Source: Candidatus Giovannonibacteria bacterium RIFOXYD1_FULL_48_21
GTDB taxonomy: Bacteria > Patescibacteriota > Minisyncoccia > JACPKW01 > UBA11713
DNA length: 64,000 bases
Direction of reading: 5' to 3'
Assembly (NCBI GenBank): GCA_001778985.1
Contig: MFIU01000004.1
Location: 67,067 to 131,066, forward strand
Shown here piece by piece: positions 21,377-30,880 of the stretch. Under the pieces are notes generated by a model. That model was not told the origin of the DNA and searched no databases. It saw only the letters and a list, made by a program, of their open reading frames with translations. The position numbers were made by a program, and so were the translations under genes. Within the stretch, counting starts at the first letter, position 1. Each line of letters begins with the position of its first letter.

Positions 21377-22751
21377 AATCAATCTTCGCCCCTTTCCCAA
21401 AAAGAAAAGCCAAAAGCTCGTCTTTTTTCTCGTGAAAAATTTCTTTGCTTCGGGCTTCAATTACCAAACGTAACAAATCTTCGGTGTTGGACTGCCGGAG
21501 ATTGAACCACCAGAAAGGATATTCCACCGTCAGGCCGTCTAAATAGTTCCTGGCTCCGTCTTTATATTTTTCGGATAGCTCCGAAATGATCAGGTCATGC
21601 CGCGCGGCGATAAGATTTATGTCTCCGGATTGAAAATAGCGGCGAAAGGGCTTTAACAATTCGGAAAGGGCGGCTTCGCTTCTGGAGAGAATTTCAAGCA
21701 CTTTCAAAGCGGCCCAGAGGGCGGAGTCAGAGTAAAAGAATTCTTTGAAAAAAAAGTGCCCCGAAAGTTCGCCTCCCAACAAAGCGTCCTCTTCCCGCAT
21801 AAGTTCTTGAATAAAGGACCTTCCCACTCTGCTTTTCAAAAGACGCATCCCTTTATCTTCGGCTTCATCCTTTAGCGCTCGGGAAGCGCGCAGGTCCGCC
21901 ACCAGCGTATCGCCGGGCTTCGCGAAATTCGAGGCGAGGAGCCACAAAATCGCGTCGGCCCGCGCCGCCTCACCCTTTTCATCAAGAACGACGAGTCTAT
22001 CCCCGTCCGGGTCAAAAATAAAAGCGACCTCGGCCTTCGTTTTTAAAACTTCCTCCCGGGCCTTGGCCTGGGCCGACTGAGAAAGAGGGTCCGGTTTTCT
22101 GACCGAAAGACGCGGGTCTGGTTTCAAAAAAAGGCACTCACTTTTCAAATTTAACTTTTCAAGAACTTTCGGCAGAATCAACCCCATAGTTCCGCCGCCG
22201 GTGTCGAAAATCGCGTTTATTTTTCTTCCGAGAGAAGCATGAGAAACGACAAACTCAGCGTAATTTTTACCAAAATCCTCAAACCTGCGGCCGCCCCTGG
22301 GGCCGGCGTAAGGCTTAAGGCCGGCCTCAATAATATTCTTAATGTCTTTAAGCCCGGTTCTTTCGCTCAAAGCCCGGGTTCCTTCGTAAAGTTTCAGCCC
22401 GTTATACTGAATGGAATTATGCGAAGCCGTTATCATGATGCCGCCGTCGGCCTCGCTCTGATTTAAGGCGAAAAGAAAAAGAGGAACATCAACGACCCCC
22501 ACTTCCAAAACATCTAGTCCCCTCTCCAAAACCTTACTCTTGACCATTTCCCTGATTTCCGGAGAGGTATAGCGAACGTCCTCGCCCAAGAGACAGAGAT
22601 TCCCTTTATCGTGGGAGTGAAGATATTCAACAAAGCCTGAAGCAATGAGCTCGACGGTATTGTGGTCGAGCTCCTGGGGATAAAGCCCCCGAATGTCGTA
22701 AGCCTTGAAAACTTTGGGGTTAAGCGCTTTGAGTTTAAGTTTCACATCCAT
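21375..22751 (-). CDS. phosphomannomutase/phosphoglucomutase
   Basis: FKAYDIRG, TASHN, DPDGDR, GELSGH. Confidence 0.93.
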   Translation of the reverse strand: MDVKLKLKALNPKVFKAYDIRGLYPQELDHNTVELIASGFVEYLHSHDKGNLCLLGEDVRYTSPEIREMVKSKVLERGLDVLEVGVVDVPLFLFALNQSEADGGIMITASHNSIQYNGLKLYEGTRALSERTGLKDIKNIIEAGLKPYAGPRGGRRFEDFGKNYAEFVVSHASLGRKINAIFDTGGGTMGLILPKVLEKLNLKSECLFLKPDPRLSVRKPDPLSQSAQAKAREEVLKTKAEVAFIFDPDGDRLVVLDEKGEAARADAILWLLASNFAKPGDTLVADLRASRALKDEAEDKGMRLLKSRVGRSFIQELMREEDALLGGELSGHFFFKEFFYSDSALWAALKVLEILSRSEAALSELLKPFRRYFQSGDINLIAARHDLIISELSEKYKDGARNYLDGLTVEYPFWWFNLRQSNTEDLLRLVIEARSKEIFHEKKDELLAFLFGKGAKID

Positions 22752-22769
22752 TAGTCTTAATTATATGAA

Positions 22770-22873
22770 CCCCGTTAGAAAATCTCCAGATGTTTGAAAC
22801 TTCTAAAATAATTTTTTCCTTGTTAAAAAGTCTATCCAGGGCAGATAGACCCGGCTTAGATTTTCTAACGGGG
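22770..22873. mobile_element. ~104-bp inverted-repeat element at the ychF start
   Basis: CCCCGTTAGAAAATCT...AGATTTTCTAACGGGG with TGAA on both sides. Confidence 0.8.
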
Positions 22874-23832
22874 TGAAAATCGGAATCGTCGGACTACCCA
22901 ACGTCGGAAAATCCACGCTCTTCCAGGCTTTGACAAAAAAAGAAGTGGATTGCTCCAACTATCCTTTCGCCACCATCGACCCCAACGTCGGGGTGGTTCA
23001 GGTGCCGGATTTACGGCTTGCCAAGCTGTCGAGCCTCTCAAATTCCCAAAAAACCATTCCCGCCATAATAGAGTTCGTGGACATCGCCGGGCTCGTGAAA
23101 GGCGCGGCTGAAGGCGAAGGCCTCGGAAACAAATTCCTCGCTCACATCCGCGACGTGGACGCCATCGTGGAGGTGGTAAGAGTTTTTGAAGACGAAAGCG
23201 TCGTTCACGTTGACGGACGGCCGAATCCGGAAAGGGACATCGCCGTGCTTGAGACGGAACTCATCCTAAAAGATATGGAAAGCATCGAAAAAGCATTGGA
23301 GAAGGCCGCTAAAGACGCGAAAACCGGAGACAAAAAAACACTCCTCCGCCTCGAAGAGCTCAAAAAACTTCAAACGGAACTCGCGAGCGGCAAAAAGGCC
23401 TGGGAAGGCGCGGAAAATCTTCTGACCGCGAAGCCCATCCTTTATTGCTTCAACTCTCAAGAGGAAAATCAGGCCTTGAAGGAAAAATTCCCCAACTCCG
23501 TTTTTCTTAATCTAAAAAAGGAATTAGAAGAAGAGGAAAAACTTCCAGAACTCGCTCGCGAAGCTTACCGGCTCCTCGGGTTGATAACCTTTTTCACGAC
23601 CGGAGAAGATGAGACCAGAGCTTGGACTATTCCCAAAGGTTCCAAGGCGCCGCGGGCCGGGCGCGCCATCCACGGCGATTTTGAAGAAAAATTCATAAAA
23701 GCGAGTGTTATCTCCTATGAAAAACTGGTCGAGGCCGGAAGCCTCGCGAAGGCGCGCGAAGCCGGCTGGCTTCGCACCGAAGGCAAGGAATATCTCGTCC
23801 AAGACGGCGACGTGATTGAATTTAAAATCTAG
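22873..23832 (+). CDS. ychF: ribosome-binding ATPase YchF
   Basis: GLPNVGKST, NYPFATIDPN, DIAGLV, TGS tail YLVQDGD. Confidence 0.97.
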   Translation: MKIGIVGLPNVGKSTLFQALTKKEVDCSNYPFATIDPNVGVVQVPDLRLAKLSSLSNSQKTIPAIIEFVDIAGLVKGAAEGEGLGNKFLAHIRDVDAIVEVVRVFEDESVVHVDGRPNPERDIAVLETELILKDMESIEKALEKAAKDAKTGDKKTLLRLEELKKLQTELASGKKAWEGAENLLTAKPILYCFNSQEENQALKEKFPNSVFLNLKKELEEEEKLPELAREAYRLLGLITFFTTGEDETRAWTIPKGSKAPRAGRAIHGDFEEKFIKASVISYEKLVEAGSLAKAREAGWLRTEGKEYLVQDGDVIEFKI

Positions 23833-23852
23833 CCGTGTTAAGATTGTCCGAT

Positions 23853-24251
23853 ATGGAACCGAAATTATACGAACTCGCCTATCTCCTCCGCAATGAACCG
23901 GAAGAAGCGCTGAAGCCGATACTCGAGAAAATCAGAGAATACATCGAGAAAAAAAATGGCCGGAGTTTAGAAGGAGTAAGCTTGAGCCGAAGACGTTTTT
24001 CCTATCCTATCCGCAAAGAAAACGAAGGCTTTTTCGGGCATCTTAAATTTTTTATAAAAGCCGAGGACCTGGCGGAACTGGAGGAAATTTTGAAGCGGGA
24101 AAAAAGCATCCTGCGCTATCTGCTGACGAAAATAAAAAGATTGGAAGCTGAAGTCCGGCCGCAGGTGCGGAGAATAAGAAAGCCGGTCGAGAAAAAAGCG
24201 GTAGACCTCGCGGAAATTGACAAAAAGCTGGAAGAAATCCTAGGCAGCTGA
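23853..24251 (+). CDS. rpsF: 30S ribosomal protein S6
   Basis: YELAYL, FSYPIRK, ILRYLL; rpsF-ssb-rpsR synteny. Confidence 0.9.
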   Translation: MEPKLYELAYLLRNEPEEALKPILEKIREYIEKKNGRSLEGVSLSRRRFSYPIRKENEGFFGHLKFFIKAEDLAELEEILKREKSILRYLLTKIKRLEAEVRPQVRRIRKPVEKKAVDLAEIDKKLEEILGS

Positions 24252-24268
24252 TAAGCTAAAACTATGAA

Positions 24269-24371
24269 TCCCGTTAGAAAATCTAGAAACTTTTCCATAG
24301 TCAAAAAGAGTGTTTTAATTTTAAAAAACTGGCTCAGGTCGGGTCGGTTTATTATAGATTTTCTAACGGGA
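24269..24371. mobile_element. ~103-bp inverted-repeat element at the ssb start
   Basis: TCCCGTTAGAAAATCTA...TAGATTTTCTAACGGGA with TGAA on both sides. Confidence 0.8.
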
Positions 24372-24820
24372 TGAACTTAAATAAAGCGTTTTTAATCGGC
24401 AACCTGACGCGCGACCCGGAGCTCCGGACTTTGCCCTCCGGACAACCGGTGGCTTCTTTCGGACTGGCCACGAACCGCGTCTTTACTCGGGATGGGAAAC
24501 AGGAAAGACAGGCTGAATTTCATAATATCGTGGCCTTCGGACGCCTCGCCGAAATTGCCTCGCAGTATCTCTCCAAAGGCAAAATGGCCTTGGTGGAAGG
24601 AAGACTCGTTACCAGGAACTGGGAGGCTAAAGATGGGACAAAACGAAATCGCACCGAGATAATCGCGGAGCGGCTGCAATTGGGCCCTCGACTAGCCCCG
24701 CCTGCCGGACGGGCAGGTCAGACTGAAGCCCCCCCAGAAGAACCGAAGCGAAGCGAGGAAAAGCTGGACACCATCGAATACCCGTCAGAAGAAATCAACC
24801 CAGATGAAATCCCTTTCTAA
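24371..24820 (+). CDS. ssb: single-stranded DNA-binding protein
   Basis: NKAFLIGNLTRDPELR; DEIPF tail. Confidence 0.98.
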   Translation: MNLNKAFLIGNLTRDPELRTLPSGQPVASFGLATNRVFTRDGKQERQAEFHNIVAFGRLAEIASQYLSKGKMALVEGRLVTRNWEAKDGTKRNRTEIIAERLQLGPRLAPPAGRAGQTEAPPEEPKRSEEKLDTIEYPSEEINPDEIPF

Positions 24821-25022
24821 GCAGTGTTTCTTTTGCACTTCCAATATCCAGGCGCTAGACTACAAAGACACTGAAAACTTAAAGCGTTTTCTAGACCCTC
24901 TATCCCGCATCCTTCCCAAAAGGCGAAGCGGGCTTTGCGCCGGGCACCAAAGAGAATTCGGCCGCAACGTAAAGAAAGCGCGCGCCCTGGGGCTCCTGCC
25001 TTATCGGCCGCTCGCCAAATAA
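24804..25022 (+). CDS. rpsR: 30S ribosomal protein S18
   Basis: CFFC, DYKD, CAGHQR, ARALGLLPY. Confidence 0.95.
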   Translation: MKSLSKQCFFCTSNIQALDYKDTENLKRFLDPLSRILPKRRSGLCAGHQREFGRNVKKARALGLLPYRPLAK

Positions 25023-25555
25023 GACGCCAGGGCGGCTTTCAGAGTCGGGTCGCCGGGATTTTTACGAAGCCCCTCTTCCAAAATATCGTCGGCGAGTTCG
25101 GCCTTTTCTTTATATTGATAGCGGTAAAGTTCGTGAAGATTCATATAGCCCGCGATGTAGCCGGGGTAAAGTTCAACGGCTTTCCGCAGATTTTGCTCCG
25201 CCTTGGGAAAATCGCGAAGGTAGAATTGATAGAGGTCGCCAAGATTGGAGTAAGGAATATGACTTTCAGGGATTAGCCTCGACGCCTCTTCCCAGACCTT
25301 AACGGCGCCGGCGTAATCTTTATTATTTTTCTTCGAAATCCCGAGGAAAAGCAGGTCTTCAAAAGAAAGCTGGGGCTCGGGTTGTGGTTCGGGTTTGGGT
25401 TCTGGTTCAGGGGAAGATAAACTTCCGCTTGGAAGCTTAGCTTCTTCGGGAACTTCTGGAAGTTTCGTGAAATCTTTAAAGATAACAAAGCCCAGAACAC
25501 CCAAGGCCACGACAGCCAAAGATGAAATAGATATCAAGATTAAGTTTGGTTTCAT
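25001..25555 (-). CDS. membrane-anchored TPR protein
   Basis: N-terminal TM, Pro/Glu linker, TPR repeats (YSNLGDLY). Confidence 0.75.
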   Translation of the reverse strand: MKPNLILISISSLAVVALGVLGFVIFKDFTKLPEVPEEAKLPSGSLSSPEPEPKPEPQPEPQLSFEDLLFLGISKKNNKDYAGAVKVWEEASRLIPESHIPYSNLGDLYQFYLRDFPKAEQNLRKAVELYPGYIAGYMNLHELYRYQYKEKAELADDILEEGLRKNPGDPTLKAALASYLASGR

Positions 25556-25588
25556 AATCCAGCTATTGTAACAAATTTTCCCCAAAAA

Positions 25589-25614
25589 CCAACCCCGCCG
25601 TTAGGCGGGGTTGG
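25589..25614 (-). terminator. intrinsic terminator of the surface-protein gene
   Basis: CCAACCCCGCC-gtta-GGCGGGGTTGG with T-run on minus strand. Confidence 0.8.
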
Positions 25615-25637
25615 CTAGTTCACAAGGATAAACTATT

Positions 25638-28600
25638 TTAGTTCGGAGAGGTGAAGGTCTCCAGAGTCATGTTCAGGGTCGGCAGTCCTGGAATGAGATA
25701 GCCGTTGGAGTAGTCCAGAGACGTCCTCGAGGAGGCAGTGGTCGTGGACCTTGGTGACCAGATAAAGTCATCATTCGTGTCGTCGTCCACCCCAGTTATG
25801 CTGTTCTCGAAGGATTCTCCAACCCGTCCCATGTTACCGGTTATGCTCTGACCAGCCTGGTGCTGGGTCGGGAAAGCGGCATCACCCAAGAGTCCAACCT
25901 GGAAGGTTTCCTGTCCGGTGGCACTCTCCACAGTGGCTACCGTGGCTCTCAGCTCAAAGTAGCGAGTCGCGTCTTTGGGAACAGAGTAGGTGGTGGTTGC
26001 CGTACCAGTGTTGCAGGAGGTCGCGTCCTTGTCCATGAAGATTTCCGCGGAAGGAGCAGAGCCGTTTACGCCTCCGGCCGCAGAGCCAATCAGTGCCGTA
26101 TCAGGGTTGTTGGCAAAGCCGGAACGGTAGCACTGCGAGGCGTTCAAGAGACCGTCAGAGCTGAAAGTTGTGTCAGCCTGCGAGTAGCTGGAATCAGTAA
26201 AGGCGTAGAGGGATAGGAGCGAAGTGGTCGCTCCGGCCTGAGCGGCTGGCGCGGTTGAGGAAGAGATGGAGAAGCTAAACTTGTAAAGGTCCACAACGCC
26301 TCCGACCGCGGTAACCTTGAAGCGGTAGAGCACCTTATTGGCAGTGGTTCCGGCAGAGAGAGCCCTGTCCGAAGAGCTCAAAGGAATATGAGCGAAAGAC
26401 GGATAGGCCTTGAAGATTCTCGTGCCTGACACCGCGGAGTCAGTGGTAGCGCCGTTTATGGTCGCTCCAGAGGAAAGTCCGGTGCCATAGGTTCCGTTAA
26501 GACCGACATTGCCGCCGTCATAGTCAACCCGCAAGCGGTCTCCAGAGAAGGTCATCGGTCCATTTACAGATATTCCGGCAATATCTCCCTTGATGGTCAT
26601 AATCCTGGTTCCGCCCGCAGGAATTCTGAAGTTTCCGGTCGTAATCGGGGAGGAGGTCGCGTAGTCGGAGTTTGAGCCGGAGAATTGAGCCGTGCCAATC
26701 TGTGTTCCGGTCTGGTCATCCCACAGCGTTACCTTCTGGTCCACTAGGTTGTTCGGGGAGTTGGAAGCAGCAACCGAGATCTCCAGAGCCACCTGTTTGA
26801 GGTCAATATCCTCGTTGGTGGCGCTGAAGCGAAGCTTGTTAAGCGTAACTCCAGTCTGGCCAGCGTAGGCGAATTGATATCCCGGAGCTGAATCGTCCGA
26901 AGCCACATCCATCGTGCCGCTGCCGGACGCTGACATTTTCTGACCGATGTTCGCAACCATAGTTTCGGCTACAGTCTGCCCTGAAGTCATTCCAGTCGCG
27001 CCGGTGTAGTTGGTGGCGTCATTTATCTGACCCCACTGATAGGCTCCGGTAGCGCCGGAAGAAATGTCGCATTTCAAGCCAACAGTCTTGGCGGTTCCTT
27101 TGGCCACAGTCAGGCCTGTTCCGCTGAAGGTAAAGGTAGTAGTCGAAGCTCTGGCCGTGGGGTTAAGGGTGGTGGAAGAAACCACGACAGTGCCGTCATA
27201 GAGCTTGCAGTTGGTAAGGTCTGTGGCGCTTCCAGCCGGGATGTTGTATTCCGGCGTAAGCGAAGTCATTCTCACATCCTCTCCTGAAGCCGTGGCGTCC
27301 AGAACGTAATTGGCGAAGAGGAATTGAGAGGAACCGGCGATTATAGTCTGGGCAACCGGAACCGAGGAAACGCTTATGGTCAGCGCTCCTGACCTCACGG
27401 TCATTTGGTTAAGAGTAATGACAGAGTTTGGATCCGGGCTGATAGTGTTGCCGGAAATCTGACCCCGGACCGTGCCGGCAAAGTCAGAGCGCGGAGTAGT
27501 GGAAGCTTGGACGGTGCCGGTGGCAATGTCCGTGCCCAGCTTGCCTTTCAGAGTGTAGACGTGGTCCCCGACCGGGAAGACAACCGTGTCAGTAAAGATT
27601 ATCGCGCCGTCGGAAGAACCAGCAGCCTGCGCGTGGTCGTCAGTCGCAGAGCCGTCTACCGGGCCGGCAACGATGGCGCCGTTTTCATCCACTAGGGTAA
27701 CGTTGGTAATGTCATCCACGTCGGCCGCGGTGCCGGTGGAGCCGGTGGAGCTCAAAGTAACGTTGAATCCGATTCGGCCCACCGAGATGGCCTCACCTCT
27801 AACTTGAGACAAGAACGAGCCTAGGGGCTGGTTGGCCAAGCTGTTGGCGACATTTTGGGCCGGAACCGCGTTGGAGTTGGCGATATTAATGGTGCCGGCT
27901 CCAACGGTTACTTCTGCCGCGTCATACCACGGGTCTTCAGAAGAGCTGAAAGCCGCCGTGTCGGCCGTAGGAACAGAAGAGCCGGTCTGCGGCGGAGTGA
28001 TTCCGTAGCCGTAGGTTTCGCCAGTAAGGCCGATGTCTCGGCGTTTGGCGACGTCAAAGTCCACGGTTCTTCCGGAACCTCCGGCAATATCCCCTTTAAT
28101 ATAGATTTCTTTGGAAAATCCTTTATCAATGAGGATTCCTTTGCCGTTGTTCTCCGGGAAAGAGGCGGTGTAGTACTTGCCGTCAGAACTGACCGTAGGT
28201 ACATAGGCAACGCCGTCTAGGTAAACTTTAAGATTTGCGAGGTCTCCTGAACCGATTGAGCCGGTCTGATTCCATCGGAAAGATTTAAGATAGATTCTTT
28301 CGGTCGAGCCGGCGGTAACTTTCACTGAAGAGAAAGTATAATCTGCCTGGCCGACCCGCTTGGTCTGGCTGGCGCCTGGGTCAGTAGGACCCCGGCCCAC
28401 AGTGACCGAACCGATGGAAAGCGAAGCGTTGATGGTGTGGCCTGCTCCAGTTATGGGCAAACTTCCGCTTACGGTCGCGGAGGTGTTAACGCTTACCACC
28501 GAAACGTAAGCTACTTGTCCTGCTTCTTGAGACAGGTCTGAATCCATATTGGCTCCGATAGTCATGGTCCTGGTCTGGCCGGCTTTAACCACAAAGGCCT

Positions 28601-29399
28601 CACCGACGGTGGCCTGATGATTGGAGTTTAAGGTCTTTTCAATCCCAAGCTGGAGTCCGTTTTCATCCATCAGGATGACCCCGGAAAACACGGTATCAGC
28701 CGCGAGTCCGGTCCGCTCCACCGTGATGCTGTTCACGGTTACGTCCCCGTCAGAAGCGGCGGTTAATTGAAGCACCGTAAACGGAACTCGGGCCGCGGAT
28801 TGGGGCGCGAGCGAGTTTGCGGGCTGTGTTCCAGCAATCACACTCAAGCCAGTGCCTGGAGGCGCTGGAGGAGTCGGGCCTGGAGGCGTAGGCGGTGTTG
28901 CGATAACCAAGGAGTTGTATTTGGCTCGAGAAATTGGACCAAAGTAGCCGGCCGTGGGAGAAACCCCGTTGGCCGCCTGCCAACTGGAAACCGCACTCTG
29001 GGTTCTTGACCCAAAGTAATTAGTCTCGTTTCCTGGCGAACCGGCGCCTGAAGAGGCAACCTGGTGGCCTGCTGAATTCAAGTATTTCTGCAGACACAAT
29101 ACATCATCACCAGTCGAATCTCTGGTCAGGTCGCGAGTGAAACTGCAGGTTCCGCTCGGTGCCGGAGGCGTAGTCGTCGGCAGACCGCGAAGCGAAGCAT
29201 TGACATTGGCCCTCGTGGCAGAATCCACACCGAAGCTGTCCAGTAAGGTCAGAATGGAGTTAATTTGCGCTTCCGTCAGAGCCGCGTGGGCCACTAACGG
29301 AACAGTTAGCGAGGCTCCCGACAGAAATATTGCCGTCGAAAGACTCAAGAAAGTAACGGTGATTCTTGACACCAGTCCTTTCTTTAATTCTTTACTCAT
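25638..29399 (-). CDS. large secreted surface/S-layer-like protein with peptidoglycan-binding domain
   Basis: Signal peptide, PGBD-like (DVLCLQKYLN...YFGSRT...WQ...GYFGP), Pro linker, Thr/Ser/Gly-rich beta-rich body, 1253 aa. Confidence 0.8.
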   Translation of the reverse strand: MSKELKKGLVSRITVTFLSLSTAIFLSGASLTVPLVAHAALTEAQINSILTLLDSFGVDSATRANVNASLRGLPTTTPPAPSGTCSFTRDLTRDSTGDDVLCLQKYLNSAGHQVASSGAGSPGNETNYFGSRTQSAVSSWQAANGVSPTAGYFGPISRAKYNSLVIATPPTPPGPTPPAPPGTGLSVIAGTQPANSLAPQSAARVPFTVLQLTAASDGDVTVNSITVERTGLAADTVFSGVILMDENGLQLGIEKTLNSNHQATVGEAFVVKAGQTRTMTIGANMDSDLSQEAGQVAYVSVVSVNTSATVSGSLPITGAGHTINASLSIGSVTVGRGPTDPGASQTKRVGQADYTFSSVKVTAGSTERIYLKSFRWNQTGSIGSGDLANLKVYLDGVAYVPTVSSDGKYYTASFPENNGKGILIDKGFSKEIYIKGDIAGGSGRTVDFDVAKRRDIGLTGETYGYGITPPQTGSSVPTADTAAFSSSEDPWYDAAEVTVGAGTINIANSNAVPAQNVANSLANQPLGSFLSQVRGEAISVGRIGFNVTLSSTGSTGTAADVDDITNVTLVDENGAIVAGPVDGSATDDHAQAAGSSDGAIIFTDTVVFPVGDHVYTLKGKLGTDIATGTVQASTTPRSDFAGTVRGQISGNTISPDPNSVITLNQMTVRSGALTISVSSVPVAQTIIAGSSQFLFANYVLDATASGEDVRMTSLTPEYNIPAGSATDLTNCKLYDGTVVVSSTTLNPTARASTTTFTFSGTGLTVAKGTAKTVGLKCDISSGATGAYQWGQINDATNYTGATGMTSGQTVAETMVANIGQKMSASGSGTMDVASDDSAPGYQFAYAGQTGVTLNKLRFSATNEDIDLKQVALEISVAASNSPNNLVDQKVTLWDDQTGTQIGTAQFSGSNSDYATSSPITTGNFRIPAGGTRIMTIKGDIAGISVNGPMTFSGDRLRVDYDGGNVGLNGTYGTGLSSGATINGATTDSAVSGTRIFKAYPSFAHIPLSSSDRALSAGTTANKVLYRFKVTAVGGVVDLYKFSFSISSSTAPAAQAGATTSLLSLYAFTDSSYSQADTTFSSDGLLNASQCYRSGFANNPDTALIGSAAGGVNGSAPSAEIFMDKDATSCNTGTATTTYSVPKDATRYFELRATVATVESATGQETFQVGLLGDAAFPTQHQAGQSITGNMGRVGESFENSITGVDDDTNDDFIWSPRSTTTASSRTSLDYSNGYLIPGLPTLNMTLETFTSPN

Positions 29400-29705
29400 A
29401 ATTAATTTGCTCTTATTTTCTAATAATCACTAATAATAGCTAACGACTTTTTTAATTTGTCAATAGAAACATTTTCATTCTTTCGGCCGTTAATATTTAG
29501 TTATCAAAGTTCTAACAAAGCGACAAACCCCGTATCTTCTACGGTATTTGCTTAATTGTGTCTTCCCTTATTATAGGGATTCATCTTAAAGGCAACAAGT
29601 AGATTAGTAAAGCCTTTGTGGATAACTAGAAAGTCCTTAGAAATAAGGTCTTTTTAGTATTTAAATACACTTGTTTGCCTTGAGGTGAAAAACTATAATT
29701 GAACC

Positions 29706-30719
29706 ATGGGGAACTTTAAATCAAATCTTACCATTATTGGAGTTGTTGTTATTGTCTTTCTTTCGGGCTTAGTTTTGTGGTACTCGCCTCCAGATTTTTT
29801 GAAGCCGGAGCCGGTTAAAGTTCAGTATCAAGTTGCTACCGGAGGAGCCAATGAATTGCGGGCGCAAGTGATTAAAAAATATGGCCTTGACAAGAAGCAT
29901 GGCGTTGAGCTTGAAATAATTTCCACGGACCCCGGAGAATTGGAAAGGAGAATCTCCAAAGGCGAGTCTTATCTGGCCGAGGTCTCCCCTTTCACCGCCT
30001 TGACGGCAAAGCAAAATAATGTCGAGCTTCGCATTATAAGCCCGGCGGTTTACTTTAATTACTACCTGCTCGTTTCAAGCAATTCCAAGATTACCTCTCT
30101 GGAGGAGTTGAAAGGGGGAAAAATCGGGACACAGCCAAAAGTCACTGCCGCTTACAGCGCCTTGGCCATAGTGCTTAAGTCCGCGGGTTTTGACATTGAG
30201 AAAGATTTCAGCGTCCTTTTCGGAAATATCCCCCAAACCGTCGCCGCTGTGGAAAAAGGAGAAGCGGACGCGGCTTCAGCCTCGTATCCGAGCGCGGCCG
30301 CTATCATTGCCGGCGGGAAATTCAGAAGCATCGCGTCTTTGGGAGACCTTTGGAGCAAAAATGAGGACGGGCTTTCCCTGCCATTCGTCGTGCTGGCCGC
30401 GAATGGCGATTGGTTCGAAGAAAACCGAGAAACGGCGCGGCGAGTGGTGGAAACTATTCTGGAAGGCGGGCGCTTTATTCAAGAACAGCCGCAAGTACTT
30501 TCCGAACTTACTGATTATCTCAACAAATACAACTACAATACTCCGCAAATCACGGCGCTGCTGGAAGCGCATATACCAAGCATGCTGCCCGCGAGTTACG
30601 GAGAGAAAGAAGTAAGAGCCTTTGAAAGATTCTTCGCGCGGGCGAAGCAATTAAAAATCATCCCTCCCGACGCTCCGATTGAAAGTTATCTGGTGAAACC
30701 GGAGGATTTAGGAATTTAG
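29706..30719 (+). CDS. ABC substrate-binding protein, SsuA/NMT1-like
   Basis: N-terminal TM; ITSLEELKGGKIG, VEKGEADAA. Confidence 0.8.
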   Translation: MGNFKSNLTIIGVVVIVFLSGLVLWYSPPDFLKPEPVKVQYQVATGGANELRAQVIKKYGLDKKHGVELEIISTDPGELERRISKGESYLAEVSPFTALTAKQNNVELRIISPAVYFNYYLLVSSNSKITSLEELKGGKIGTQPKVTAAYSALAIVLKSAGFDIEKDFSVLFGNIPQTVAAVEKGEADAASASYPSAAAIIAGGKFRSIASLGDLWSKNEDGLSLPFVVLAANGDWFEENRETARRVVETILEGGRFIQEQPQVLSELTDYLNKYNYNTPQITALLEAHIPSMLPASYGEKEVRAFERFFARAKQLKIIPPDAPIESYLVKPEDLGI

Positions 30720-30784
30720 GCTGGGTTGTTCAATATCGGCAAGAGGTGTGGACAACTTTTCTGGAAATATGCTATAGTGTATTT

Positions 30785-30848
30785 GGCGCTTGGAGGGCTT
30801 TGGCCCTATCACGGTCAATGTTTTCCAAACCGTAACCAAGTGCCACCA
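30785..30848 (+). ncRNA. candidate small structured RNA with tRNA-like ACCA end
   Basis: Extended -10 TGcTATAGT 6 nt upstream; 9-bp closing stem, two internal hairpins, 3' ACCA, then terminator hairpin. Confidence 0.55.
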
Positions 30849-30875
30849 AAAAGTACCGCATAAGCGGCACTTTTT
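30848..30875. terminator. bidirectional terminator
   Basis: AAAAAGTACCGC-ATAA-GCGGCACTTTTT. Confidence 0.75.
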
Positions 30876-30880
30876 GTTTC

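Noticed and set aside
22765-22875. UGA readthrough or recoding from ATG 22765 into ychF
   Set aside because: Further in-frame stops lie in the element, and UGA is a normal stop elsewhere with RF2 present
25378-25410. 6-bp quasi-tandem repeat
   Set aside because: Encodes an ordinary Pro/Glu linker with varied codons
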